DNA from: Chiloscyllium plagiosum
Taxonomy: Eukaryota
DNA: 64,000 nucleotides
Reading direction: 5' to 3'
Assembly (NCBI RefSeq): GCF_004010195.1
Contig: NC_057718.1
Location: forward strand, 105,106,300-105,170,299
A program made the position numbers and the translations under genes. The notes below the pieces were generated by a model that saw nothing but the letters and a program-made list of their open reading frames with translations, did no database searches and was not told the origin of the DNA. Positions 38,262 to 51,600 of this stretch are shown piece by piece (the first letter of the stretch is position 1; each line of letters begins with the position of its first letter).

Positions 38262-38926
38262 GTAACCCCAAGACTGCAGCAATTCAAGAAGGCAGTTCAC
38301 CATTACCACCACCCCCAGGGCAATTAGGGCTGGCCTTTCTGGCAACATGTGCATCCTATCATCTAATTTTTAAGAAAATCTTATCATTCCCTTTGCTGTC
38401 TGTCTGTTTGCTACGTACTGAAAGCACACCCTGAATCATATGGATAATTTGGGGTACTCTGTCGGGAATTTCCAACATAAACCTATATTTTTCCCAGAGG
38501 TTTGAAAAAGGGGGTAGGGTAGGAGAATTAGAATGAGAGGAAATCTCTTTCAGACAGCTGGCCCAGGATCAGGATGAAGCTACCAGTCTGTGGTGTTGGT
38601 TTGAATCAGCAAAGGCACAATGAGATTAATCAGCAAATCACTTCGGTGGTGTGTCCTTCTAGTACAATATGAACGTACTTAAAAATTTAGTACTGTCTGT
38701 AAATATTTAGTAAGCTTACTTTGTGTAGATTTTGTGAACTTATACGGAGGGGAAACCGTGTTCCTGAAATTCTGCAGGACAGAAACCTTGAGGATTTAGA
38801 GGATTTGGGTGAAGAGCTCCATTTTTAATAACAGTATTGCTGTAGAATCTATTGCTCCATTTGCAGAATTTGGAAATTGCCCTAAAATTGTACCATGTTT
38901 GGCCTCATTCAATATAATTGGACTTA

Positions 38927-39920
38927 AGAGTCGAAGAGTGTGGTGCTGGAAAAGCACAGCCGGTCAGGCAGCATCAGAAGAGCAGGAGAATCAATGTTTT
39001 GAGCAAAAGTCTTTCCTCTGGAATGAGGCTTGTGGGCCAAGGGGGCTGAGAGATAAATGGGATGGGAATTGGGGCTGGGGGTGGAAGGTAGCTGGGAATG
39101 CGACAGGTAGATGAAGGTGGGGGTGAGGATGATAGTTTGGAGAGGAGGGTGAAGCACATAGATGGACAGGACAGTTCAGTAGGACAGTGCTGAGTTGGAA
39201 AGTTTCAGAGAACATCTCTGGGGCACATGCACTAAACAACCCCACCGCCCTGTTGCCAAACACTTTAACTCCCCCTCCCACTCCACTAAGAACATGCAAG
39301 TCCTGGGCCGCCTCCACTGCCAAACCCTATGCCTGGAAGAAGAACAGCTCATCTTCAGCCTTGTCTCCCTCCAACCACATGGGATCAATGTGGATTTCAC
39401 CAGTTTCCTCATCTCCCCTCCCCCCATCTCATCACAGGTCCAACCTTCCAACTCGACACTGCCCTTTTGACCTGTCCTACTGCAACAGTAGTATACTTGT
39501 CAACTTTAAGGGTATTTAAATGGTCATTGAATAAATATATGGATGATAATGGAATAGTGTAGGTTAGATGGGCTTCAGATTGGTTTCAGGGTGAGAGCCT
39601 GTACTGCGCTGTAATGTTCTATATTCTGTGTTCTATGCACCTGTCCATCTTCCTTCCCACCTATCCGTTCCATGCTCCTGTCCGACCTATCATCTTCACC
39701 CCCACCTCTATCTACCTATTATATTCTCAGGTACCTTCCTTCCCAGCCCCACCCCTCTCCCATTTATCTCTCAGCCCCCATGAGCCACAGGCTTCATACC
39801 TCATGAAGGGCTTATGCTTGAAACATCGATTCTCCTGCTCCTCGGATGCTGCCTGACCGGCTGTGCTTTTCTAGCATCACACTCTTCGACTCTGATCTCC
39901 ACCATCTGTGGTACTCATTT
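38927..39920. mobile_element. Inverted (head-to-head) Neptune-type PLE, interrupted by a CR1 tail (about 39478-39636)
   Basis: FREHL...HFNSPSHS..MQVLG...EEEQLIF; both ends carry the same tail in opposite orientation. Confidence 0.78.
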
Positions 39921-40555
39921 TCTTATAATTGGACTCAAAATGGGACTGTAAAATACACTGACTTCTGTCTTGAGTTTGTAACCGTTGGTTGCCATGTCAC
40001 TTCATCTGCTGTTCACAATGTTCAACTTTCATTAGATGTACAATTGTCTTGCTCCTTCAAGAACCAGTCTGGTGAGAGATCTGATCAGATCATGTCTGAA
40101 ATGATAGATTTCCCTACTTCAATTAAATTTGTCACAATTTTCAATCCATTATTTAAAATGTGCTTGACGTTAACAGTTTCTGCACAAACACAAATATTTT
40201 GATTGCTGCTAAAACACTGTTTTAGTTCAGTAACAATATGCATAGTTTGAATTATTGCTCATTAGAATCACAGACGTACAGTATGGAAACAGGCCCTTTG
40301 ACTTAACTTGTCCATGCTGACCAGATATCCTAAATTAATCTAGTCTCATTTGCCAACACTTGGCACATATCCCTCTAAACCTTCTTATTCATGTACCCTT
40401 CCAGATGCCTTTTAAATGTTGTAGTTGTACTAGCCTCCCCCACTTCCTCTGGCGGCTCATTCCATATACGCACCACCCTCTCCGTCAAAAGGTTGCCCCT
40501 TAGGTCCCTTTTAAATCTTTCTCTTTTTCACCCTAAACCTATGCCCTCTAGTTTT

Positions 40556-43500
40556 GAACCAGAGGGGTACCAATATCTTGGGGTGGGGGGGATATTTGCT
40601 AACGCTCTTCAGGCGGGTTTAAACTAATGCAGCGGGGGGGGGGGGGGGTGACACCTAAATTGTAGCTCCAGTGTCCAGGAGTTTGAGACTACTGAGGTGA
40701 GAAACATGGTTTCAAGGTTGCCAGAGTGTACCGCCAAGCAGGAAGGTGTGTCTACTTCAACACCAGGAGCATCTGGAATAAGGTAGGTGAACTTGCAGCA
40801 TGGGTTGATACCTGGGACTTCGATGTTGTGGTCATTTCGGAGACATAGAGCAGGGACAGAAATGGTAGGTCCGGGATTTAGATGTTCCAGTAAAAACAGA
40901 GAAAATGGTAAAAGAGGGGGAGGTGTGGCATTGTTAGTCAAGTACAGAATTACGGTAGCAGGAAGGACGTTTGAGGACTTGTCTACTGAGGTAATATGGG
41001 CTGAGGTTAGCAATAGGAAAGGAGAGGTCACCCTGTTGGGAGTTTTCTATAGGCCTCCGAATAGTTTCATGGATGGAGAGGAAAGGATTGCAAAGATGAT
41101 CCTCAATAGGGGTGAGAGTAACAGGGTAGTTGTTATGGGGTCTTTAATTTTCCAAATATTGACTGGGAATACAGTAATTCGAGTACTTTAGATGGATCGG
41201 TTTTTGTCCAATGTGTGCAGGATGGTTTCCTGATACAGTATGTAGACAGGCCAACAAGGAGCAAGGCTACATTGGATTTGGTACTGGGTAATGAACCTGG
41301 CCAGGTGATAGATTTGGAGGTAGGTGAGCACTTTGGTGATATTGACCACAATTCGGTTATGTTTACTTTAGCGATGGAAAGGGTTAAGTATATAACCCAA
41401 GGGCAAGAGTTGTACTGGGGGAAAGGCAATTATGATGCAAGTAGGCAAGATTTAGGATGCATAGAATGTGGAAGGAAACTGCAGGGGATGGGCACAATTG
41501 AAATGTGGAGCTTATTCAAGGACCAGCTACTGTGTGTCCTTGATAAGTATATGCCTGTCAGGCAGGGAGGAAGTGGTCGAGTGAGGGAGCTGTGGTTTAC
41601 TCAAGACGTTGAATCTCTTGTCAAGAGGAAGAAGAAGGCCTATGTTAGGATTCGGTTCGGTTAAATTCCCTCCAGTGTGGAAACAGGCCCTTTGGCTGAA
41701 CAAGTCCACACCGACACTGCAAAGAGTAACCCACCCAGACCCATTACAGTACATTTACCCCCGACTAATGCACCTAACGCTATGGACAATATAGCGTGGC
41801 CAATTCACCTGGCCTGCACATTTTTGGATTATGGGAAGAAACCGGGGCACACAGAGGAAATCCACGCAGACACGGGGAGAATATGCAAACTCCACACAGG
41901 CAGTTGCCCGAGGATGAGACGTGAAGACTCAGTTAGAGTTACAAGTTAGCCAGAAAGACCGAAAGAGAGAACTAAGAAGAGCCAGAAGGAACATGAGAAG
42001 TTGTTGGCAGATATGATCAAGTAAAAACCGAAGGCTTTCTATAGGTATATCAGGAATAAAAGAATGACTAGAGTAAGATTAGGGCCAATCAAGAATTGAA
42101 GTGGGAAGTTGTGCGTGGAGCCCGAGGAGATAGGAGAGGTGCTAAATGAATATTATGCATTGGTATTCACATTGGAAAAAGACAATGTTGTCGAGGAGAA
42201 TACTGAGATACAGGCTACTAGGCTAGACAGGATTGGGGTCCACAAGGAGGAGATGTTAGCAATTCTGGAAAGTGTGAAAATAGATAAATCCCCTGGGCCA
42301 GATGGGATTTATCCTAGGATTCTTTGGGAAGCCAGGGGAGAGATTGCAGAGCCATTGGCTTTGATCTTTATGTCGTCATTGTCTACAGGAATAGTGCCAG
42401 AAGACTGAAGGATAGCAAATGTTGTTCCCTTGTTCAACAAATGGAGTAGAGATAACCCTGGTAATTATGGAGCAGTGAGCCTTACTTCAGTTGTGGGTAA
42501 AGTGTAGGAAAAGATTATAAGAGACAGGATTTTTAATCGTCTAGAAAGGAATAAGTTGATTAGGGATAATGAACACAGTTTTGTGAAGGATAGGTTGTGC
42601 CTAACAGACCTAAATGAGTTATTTGAGAAGGTGACCAAACAGTTAAAGTGGTTGATGTGGCGTATATGGATTTCAGTAAGACGTTTGATAAGGTTTCCCA
42701 CGGTATGCTATTGCAGAAAATATGGAGGCATGGGATTGAGGATGATTTAGTGGTTTGGATCGGAAATTTACCAGCTGAAAGAAGACAGAGAGTGGTGGTT
42801 GATGAGAAATGTTCATCCTGGAATTCAGTTACTAGTGATGTACAGCAAGAATCTGTTAGGGGCCACTGCTGTTTGTCATTTTTATAAATGATCTGGATGA
42901 GGGCATAGAAGGATGGGTTAGTAAATTTGCAGATGACACTAAGGTCAGTGGAGTTGTGGATAGTGCTGAAGGATGTTGCAGGTTACAGAGGAACACAGGT
43001 AAGCTGCAGAGCTGGGCTGTGAGGTGTCAAATGGAGTTTAATGTGTAAAAGTGTGAGGTGATTCACTTTTGAAGGAGCAACAGCAATAGAGAGTATTGGG
43101 CTAATAGTAAGATTCTTGGTATATGTCGATGAGCAGAGATGTCACTGTCCATGTACATAGTGTAATTAGATTCCCTACAGTGTGGAAACAGGCCCTTCAA
43201 CCCAACAAGTCCACACTGACCCTCCGAAGAGTAATCCACCCAGACCCATTTCCCTCTGACTAATGCACCAAACACAATGGGCAATTTAGCATGGCCAATT
43301 CAAATAATAATAATTCCTATCATAGATCCTGAAAAGCTGCCATTTAGGGTTGTTAAGAAGGCTTGTAGTGTGTTAGCTTTTATTGGTAGAGGGATTGAGT
43401 TTCAGAGCCATGAGGTCGTGTTGCAGCTGTACAAAACTCTGGTGTGGCTGCTTTTGGAGTATTTTGTACAGTTACATTATAGGAAGGATGTGGAAGGTTT

Positions 43501-43955
43501 GCAAAGAGTTCAGAGGAGATTTACTAGGATGTTGCCTGGTATAGAGGGAAGGTCTTATGAGGAAAGGCTGAGGGGCATGAGACTGTTTTTGTTAGAGAGA
43601 AGAAGGTTGAGCAATGACTTAATTGAGACGTATGGGATAATCAGAGGGTTAGATAGGTTGGACAGTGAGAGCCTTTTTCCTCAGATGGTGATGGCTAGCA
43701 CAAGGGGACATAACTTTAAACTTAAGGGTGGTAGACATTGGACAGATGTCAGAGGTAGTTACTTTACTCAGTAGTAGGGGCGTGGAACGGCCTGCCCACA
43801 ACACTAGTAGACTCGCCAACTTTAAGGGCATTTAAATGGTCTTTGAATAGACATATAGATGTAAATGGAATAGTGTAGGTTAGATAGGCTTCAGATTGGT
43901 TCCATAGGTCGGTGCCAAGGGCTGAATGTCCTGTATTGCACTGTAATGTTCTATG
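40556..43955 (+). mobile_element. Long CR1 LINE (ORF1 end, APE endonuclease, RT, 3' tail), degenerate; nested in a minus-strand CR1 (40265-40555 plus 43956-44135)
   Basis: GGGVAL, GVFYRPPN, LDLVL, DHN, KSPGPDGIYPR, YMDFSK.FDKV and FADDTK motifs with stops; SINE insertions near 41655-41912 and 43165-43300. Confidence 0.92.
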
Positions 43956-44423
43956 ACTCCCCCACCCCAGGGAAAAGGCCTTGTCTATTTACCCTATCCA
44001 TGCCCCTCATGATTTTATAAACCTCTATAAGGTCACCCCTCAGCCTCCGACGCTCCAGGGAAAACATCCCAGCCTGTTCAGTCTCTCCCTGTAGCTCAAA
44101 TCTTCCAACCCTGGCAACATCCTTGTAAATTGTTTCTCAACCCAAGCATTGTAAGAATCTTGTCTAATACAAATCAGTAATTTCTGATAAAGTAATGTGT
44201 ATTGGTTCCTCTGCTCTAGTTTTCCCGTCCATTTTAGTGTTGCCATAAGCCAGAGTGTCTGCTTAACTGGCAAGTGCTATCACATGGGGAGAAAAAGTGG
44301 TTTGAAGTATGCAGTTTTCTTGTTAAAGTGCAATGATGGGTTCAATCTCTGACAACTACTTTCTGTAAAGTTATTCAAGTTCTTAATTTGCTATAACGTC
44401 AGTAACACGTTCTGTCTTTACAG

Positions 44424-44665
44424 GCGATTCTAGCAGTTTATGCGACAGCCCATCAGTGGTGGCAGATCAGCATCGGTGGACTGTGTATCATTCCAAAGTG
44501 AACCTTCCAGCAGCACTGAATGACCCAAGACTGTCCAAAAGGGAATCTGATTTCTTCACAAAAACATGGGGACTGGATTTTATGGAGACCGAAGTTATGC
44601 CTTCCTTCTACCTCCCACTAATCGCCAAGGATCACTTTGCTCCCTACCTACACGATATGACTTTG
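44424..44665 (+). CDS. VPS54: VPS54 exon 3 (...QHRWTVYHSKVNLPAALNDPRL...FFTKTWG...)
   Basis: Conserved motif; cag and gtaag boundaries; 242 nt restores frame. Confidence 0.96.
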
Positions 44666-44819
44666 GTAAGGATTGGTAGCAGTCAGAACCTTACTTCAGC
44701 ATTTTGCAACACTTGTATCTTGAGTACTGCTGAAAAAGACACATTTTGTTGAATTTATATGTTTTGCATTCATCAGAGAAATTCACAAGCTATATCAATG
44801 TATAGAGAAAACAACATGC

Positions 44820-45560
44820 ATGAGAGGAGAATGCTGGCTGATTGGCAAGAGTATTCTAATTGGTAGAACTATTGCCATGGAGAATGTACAAGTTTGCCAT
44901 TGACAGGATGTGTCTGTCAAGCCAAAGAGGCATTCTGCCTACTACGCATACTAATTTCAGCATCATCTAAGCTATGTATTCTCAAAAACTGGCGATTGTA
45001 TAAAATGGCATATTCCCTTAGCCATTCACAACAGGCTTACTGATTTGTATCCAACTAACCCATGCTTGCAAACACAGTATTAAACATTAGGTATGACTGT
45101 GCAATTGGACAACATTGGCAAAATAATCCAGGGTGTGCTAAGGATAATGCTGACAACCAATTTAAGATAATCAGCAGGGCTCACAGAGTGGCACAGTTGC
45201 ACATACCAGAAGCTGCTTACATTAATACACACAGCCTACGTTCCTTCTCAAGCTGCGTGCTCCAAGATTCCATGCATGGTGATTGGCATTGGCATGCTTA
45301 TGGCTGTATTAGCTTCTGTTCTGGAAGTTGCTGCCACCTATGGACCTCTGAGACCTATGCAGTCAGATAGAAAAGTACATCACCTGTGTAGACTGAAAAA
45401 AAAACACACTTTGTGCCATGGTACACCTCAGCACTACAGGTGACAACCATTCGGTGGTTCATTTCTCAATCAGAGTCAACCTACCTAATTTTAAACAAAG
45501 CTTGACAGCTAACTATAAGTAGTTATCTAACAGCTGCATTCTCCATGCAACGCCTCTATC
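44820..45560. mobile_element. Decayed PLE remnant of a third family
   Basis: AIGQH..NNP.C....NQFKIISRA....L...EAAYI resembles the PLE GIY-YIG C-terminus; similar sequence near 53930-54255. Confidence 0.45.
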
Positions 45561-45564
45561 TATC

Positions 45565-47118
45565 ATAGGTAGAAAAGCTAAAAGATCTAAAAATTGATAA
45601 ATCTCCTGGCCCCGATGGGCTACATTCTAGAGTTCTGAGGGAGGTGGCTGAGGAAATAGCGGAGGCGTTAGTTGTGATCTTTCAAAAATCACTAGAGTCA
45701 GAGCAAGTCACAGATGATTGGAAAATCGCTGCTGTAACCCCCTTTTGTTCAAGACAAAAGATGGAAAATTATCGGCCGATTAGCCTAACCTCGGTTGTAG
45801 GTAAAATTCTAGAATCCATGATTAAGGATGAGATTTCTAAATTCTTCGAAGTGCATGGTCAGCATGGATTTAGTAAGGGGAGGTCATGCCTGACAAACCT
45901 TTTACAATTCTTTGAAGAGGTAACAAGTAGGTTAGACCAGGGAAACCCAGTGGATGTTATCTACCTAGACTTCCAAAAGGCCTTTGATAAGGTGCCTCAC
46001 GGAAGGTTACTGAGTAAGGTGAGAGCCTGTGGTGTTCGAGGTGAGCTACTGGCATGGATTGAGGATTGGCTGTCTGACAGAAGGCAGAGAGTTGGGATAA
46101 AAGGTACTTTTTCGGAATGGCAGCTAGTGACAAGTGGAGCCAGTGTTGGGGCTGCAGCTGTTCACTTTATATATTAATGATCTGGATGAAGGGACTGGGG
46201 CATTCTGGCGAAGTTCGCCAATGATACGAAGTTAGGTGGACAGGCAGGTAGTACTGAGGAGGTGGGGAGGATGCAGACAGATTTAGGAGAGTGGTCCAGG
46301 AAATGGCTGATGAAATTCAACGTGAGCAAATGCAAGGTCTTGCACTTTGGAAAAAAGAATACAGGCAAGGACTATTTTCTAAACGGTGAGAAAATTCATA
46401 AAGCCAAAGAGGTATCTGGGAGTGCTAGGTCCAGGATTCCCTAAAGGTTGATTTGCAGGTTGAGTCCGTGATTAAGAAAGCGAATGTAATGTTGTCATTT
46501 ATCTCAAGAGGGTTGGAATATAAAAGCAGTGATATACTTCTGAGACTTTATAAAGCTCTAGTTAGGCCCCATTTAGAATACTGTGTCCAATTTAGGGCTC
46601 CACACCTCAGGAAGGACATACTGGCACTGGAGCGTGTCCAGCCGAGATTCACACGGATGGTCCCTGGAATGGTAGGCCTAACATAGGATGAACGGCTGAG
46701 GACCCTGGGATTGTATTCATTAGAGTTTAGAAGGTTATGGGGAGATCTAATAACAACTTACAAGATAATGCTTGGCTTAGAAAGGGTGGATGCTGGGAAG
46801 TTGTTTCTGTTAAGACGGGGAGATTAGGCTCTGTGGGCTCAGCCTTAAAATTAAAGGGGGTAAATTTAGAATGGAAATGAGGAGACATTTCTTCAGCCAG
46901 AGTGTGGTGGGCCTGTGGAATTCATTGCCATGGAGCGCAGTGGAGGCCGGGATGTTAAATGTCTTCAAGGCAGAGATTGATAAATTCTTGATATCACAAG
47001 GAATTAAGAGCTATAGGGAGAGTGCCGGTAAGTGAAATGCCCATCAGCCAAGATTGAATGGTGGAGTGGACTCGATGGTCCGAATGGCCTTACTTCCACT
47101 CCTATGTCTTATGGTCTC
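45565..47118 (+). mobile_element. CR1 LINE RT to 3' tail
   Basis: NYRPISLTSVVGK, IYLDFQKAFDKVPH, LVRPHLEYC. Confidence 0.92.
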
Positions 47119-47279
47119 ATCAGGGTGCCCCTTGTCAGCCAATCAGCACTGTGTTGTGATATAGTATGAAATGTCGGTTCCTCATCACACTGGCCTGTGT
47201 TTGCAAATTGTGCCAATGAATGCATGACGAAAGGTCCTTGTGGTCCAGAAGGACCAGATTCAAGTCCGACCTGCCCCAA

Positions 47280-48630
47280 AGGCGTGTTAGTCTAACCTCA
47301 GTGGTGGGTTGACTATTAGAAGCACTTCTGAGAGACATAATTAATCTGCATTTGGAGAGGCAGGGATTAATCCAGAACAGTCAGCATGGTTTTGGTAAGG
47401 AGAAGTTATGTCTGACCAACTTGATTGAATTTTTAAGGGATATCCAGATGTGTAGATGAGGGCAATGCTTTTGATGTAGTCTACCTGGTCTTCAGCAAGG
47501 CTTTTGATAAGGTTCCTCCTGGAAGATAGTGAAGATAAGAACCCATGCGATCCAGGGAAATGAGGCAACTTGGCTCCACAGTTGGCTGAGTGGCAGGAAG
47601 CAAAGGGTGAGTATTGAGTCTTTTTTTTTGTCTGGAAGTCTGTGTCCAGTGGTGTCCCACAGGGGTCAGTGTTGGACCTTTTGTTGTTTATGGTTGAAAT
47701 CAATGATTTAGATGTGAATGTGGGCGGACTGATCATTAAGTTTGCATATGATACAAACATTGATGGGATAATTAAGTAGTGAGGAGGACAAATTCAGGCT
47801 GGTCACGATCTGATCAATGGCAAATGGAATTCATTGCAGATAAATGTGAGGCAATGCACTTGTGCAGGACCAACAGGCAAGGGGATACATGATGAATGGT
47901 AGAGTTCTGGATTGCTCGGAGGTTCAGAGAGACCTTGTGTGCATGTACACTAGTTTCTTAAGGTATCAAGACAGATGGGTAAAGTGGCTGAGAAGGCGTA
48001 TGGGGATACTGGCCTTTATTAGTTGAGGGGTAGAGTTTAAGAGCAGGGAGGTTATGGTGGAACTATATAAAACATTGGTTAGGCCACATTTAGATTATGC
48101 AGTTCTGGAATCGATATGATGGGAGGGGTGCGATTGCAATGGAGAGGGTATGGAAGAGATTTACCAGAATGTTGCCTGAGCTGGAGAGTTTCAGTTATGA
48201 AGACAGATTGGACAGACTGGGGTTGTTTTCCTCAGAGCAGGGGAGATGGAGGAAACTCATGATTGAGATCTACAAAACTAGTGACATCAAAGAATAAACA
48301 GGAAGTAACCTTTCCCTCTGGTGGAGGGATCAAAGACCAGTGTGGGGCAGAGATAGAAGGTAAGGGTCAGAAGGTTTAAATGAGATTTGAGGAATTGCTT
48401 TTTCACCCAGAGGCTGGTGAGAATCTGGAACTCACTGCCTGTAAGGGCAGGAGAAGCAGTAACCCTCATCACATTGAATAAGTATTTAGATGTGCCTTTG
48501 CAATATCCAGTGTACAAGGCTACAGGCCAAGTTCTGGAAAATGAATTAGGATAGTTAGGTGGTTGTTTCTGACCAATGTGGACATAATGGGCTGAAGGGC
48601 TCTCTTTGTGCTATAAATCTGTGTTTCTCT
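47280..48630 (+). mobile_element. Older CR1 LINE RT to 3' tail
   Basis: Degenerate SGVPQGSVLG and MERVWKRFTRMLP motifs. Confidence 0.82.
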
Positions 48631-48666
48631 GAACATGTCCAAACAGATTGATGTCAAACCAAAAAG

Positions 48667-49690
48667 GTGGCACCGTGGCTCAGTGGTTAGTACTACTGCC
48701 TCACTGTGCCAGGGACTCAGGGTTCAATTCCACCCTCAGGTGACTGGCCCTGTAGAGTTTGCATATTCTCCCTATGTCTGCGTGAGTTTCCACCAGGTTT
48801 CCTCCTGAGAAGTGGCAGATGGAGTTTAATTCAGATAAATGCGAGGTGCTGCATTTTGGGAAAACAAATCTTAGCAGGACTTAAACACTTAATGGTAAGG
48901 TCCGAGGGAGTGTTGCTGAACAAAGAGACCTTGGAGTGCAGGTTCAAAGCTCATTGAAAATGGAGTCTCAGGTAGATAGGATAGTGAAGAAGGCATTTGG
49001 TATGCTTTCCTGTATTGGTCAGAGTACTGAGTACAGGAGTTGGGAGGTGATGTTGCGGCTGTACAGGATATTGGTTAGGCCACTTTTGGAATATTGTGGG
49101 TAATTCTGGTCTCCTTCCTATAGGAAGGATGTTGTAAACCTTGAAAGGGTTCAGAAAAGATTTACACAGGCCCTTCTTCAGGAATGATTCCTGAAGAAGG
49201 GCCTGTGCCCGAAACGTCGAATCTCCTGTTCCCTGGATGCTGCCTGACCTGCTGTGCTGTTCCAGCAATAAAGTTTCAACTTTGATCTCCAGCATCTGCA
49301 GACCTCACTTTCTCCTCCGTTGAGGTTAGTACAATTGCAACATTTAAAAGGCATTTGAATGGGTATATGAATAGGAAGAGTTTGGAGGGATATGGGCCGG
49401 ATGCTGGTAGGTGGGATTAGATTGGGTTGGGATATCTGGTCAGCATGGACGGGTTGGACTGAAAGGTCTGTTTCCATGATGTACACCTCAATGTGCAGGT
49501 TAGGGTGGATTGGCCATGCTAAATTGTCCATAGTGTCCAGGTATGTGCAGGCGAGGTGGATTAGCCATGGTAATTGTAGGTAATATGGCCAGAGTGGAGG
49601 GATTGAGTCTGGGCGGGATGCTCTTCGGAGGATTGGTGCAGACTCAACAGGCTGAATGGTCTCCTTCCCACACTTCAGGTATTCTATGAT
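48667..49690 (+). mobile_element. Nested V-SINE (48667-48805 plus 49490-49690) > CR1 (48810-49490) > hammerhead element (49165-49317)
   Basis: SINE halves flank CR1 sequence, which is itself interrupted. Confidence 0.78.
49187..49222 (+). ncRNA. Minimal type I hammerhead ribozyme motif, sense to the VPS54 pre-mRNA
   Basis: ATTC-CTGAAGA-A-GGGC-CTGT-GCCC-GAAA-C-GTC-GAAT. Confidence 0.78.
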
Positions 49691-50022
49691 TCAAAAAGTG
49701 GTTTGACAAAGTATCGTTTTTCAGCAGTACTAAATCTGTAGTGCCCAGCAATTATTCATTAGATATCTGTAGACACACACCTGCTTGAATAACTCTTTCT
49801 AACAAACAATATTTTTGAAAAAAATCTTGCAGAATATTAATGAAAACAGCTTGTTTGACAGAATTAAATTCTATGATTCTCTCAAATCATTCAAATCTGG
49901 ATCCAAAAACAAAACGTAATGTTCACTAAACCAACAATATTACTTACCTTGTCAAGATTTTAAATTTTGAGCATTGTTTTGTGGAATTGTTTAATCACGT
50001 TTAATGTGATTCTCATTTCTAG

Positions 50023-50110
50023 CGACAAAAGATTCATGAGAAGTGCAAGAAAATCTGCCCACTGAAGGATGGACTAAACCAAACACTTGCACCAGTTGTA
50101 CACAACCACG
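50023..50110 (+). CDS. VPS54: VPS54 exon 4 (RQKIHEKCKKICPLKDGLNQTLAPVVHNH)
   Basis: Manual translation resembles REKIHERCKNICP; tag and gtaag boundaries; 88 nt. Confidence 0.92.
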
Positions 50111-50948
50111 GTAAGAACTTGTCTAATAGAGCCCTTTGTTGAATAGTTGAGAAAATTTGTACATTTGCTCCTAATGGCTGTGAACTTGCTATTTCTGCAA
50201 GCAAGAATTCAGCTGCAGTGATGTGAAACGTAGTTGAATAGCCAGCTCTCTTACCCTTTTACTATTGTTAGAAGTAATATCCTCATATTGTGCAGATTGT
50301 GTTCAAGTTATTTGAAATAATCAACTTTTGAATACAGCAAGTTAAAGCGTAACCTGAGCAAATGTTCATTTCTGACAGGTTGATCTTTTTAAATTCTTGG
50401 ACAACTGCCTGTGCTACACCTTTTGGGATCAGGCAGGCTTGTTTGAAACAACCATGCAGATCAAGTCCTTTCAGCTGGTCTGCGATTTTCATATTTTTCT
50501 GCACAATTTTCATCCTCATAAGTTCATAAGGTATAGGAGCAGAATTAGGCCATTCTGGCCAATTTAGTCTGCTCTGCCATTCAATCATTCACTCTGCTCC
50601 TCACTCGCATTTTCCTGCCTTCTCCCCATATCCCTTCAACCCATTACCAATTAAGAATCTGTCTAACTCTTCCTTAAATTTATTCGCTGTCCCAGCATCC
50701 ACCGTATCCACTGTCCCAGTTACTGTTTGATCTGTTTAGTTGTTGTGAATCAATATTTAATTTCCATCCCCTCCCAACTGTAGCATTTCTTCTACTAAAC
50801 CTGATAACTCCTTTATAAGCATCATGCATTATAAGAATCATACAGTGTAGAAGAAGCCCTTTGGTCCATCGAGTCTGCACCGACAAAATCTTCTCTAAAT
50901 CTCAACAAGTTGCACTTTCCATTCCTAGGCCTAGAACCTCGAATAGGC

Positions 50949-51600
50949 AAAAGTGAGGACTGCAGATGCTGGAAATCAGAGTCTAGATTAGAGTGGTGCT
51001 GAAAAAGCACAGCAGGTCAGGCAGTATCTGAGGAGCAGGAAAATCGACGTTTTGGGCAAAAGCCTTTCATCAGGAATGAAGGCAGGGAGCCTCTGGGGTG
51101 GAGAGATAGTGAAGTCCACATTGATGCCCTGGGATTGAAGTGTTCTGAGGCAGAAGATGAGGCGCTGTTCCTCCAGGTGTCAGGTGGTGAGGGAGCGGCG
51201 GTGGAGGAGGCCCAGGACTTGCATGTCCTCAGCAGAGTGGGAGGGCGAGTTGAAATGTTGGGCCACAAGATGGTGGGGCTGATTGGTGTGGGTGTCCCGG
51301 AGATGTTCCCTAAAGCGCTCTGCTAGGAGGCGCCCAGTCTCCCCAGTGTAGAGGAGACTTCATCGGGAGCAACGGATACAATAAATGATATTGGTGAATG
51401 TGTAGGTAAAACTTTGATGGATATGGAAGGCTCCTTTGGGGCCTTGGATGGAGGTGAGGGAGGAGGTGTGGGCGCAGGTTTTGCACTTCCTGCGGTGACA
51501 GGTCTGGGTGCCAGGAAGGGAGGGTGGGTTGTTGGGCGTGCGTGGACCTGACCAGGTGGTCACTGAGGGAACGGTCTTAGTGGAAAGAGATGGGGAGGGA
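50949..51600 (-). mobile_element. Neptune-type PLE 3' fragment
   Basis: C.RRKCKTC linker and NIIYCIRCSR GIY-YIG start (ORF 51360..51563); tail with mutated hammerhead (GAAA to AAAA). Confidence 0.82.

Noticed and set aside
40556..43955. Active CR1 or domesticated RT/endonuclease gene
   Set aside because: Multiple stops, frameshifts and two SINE insertions
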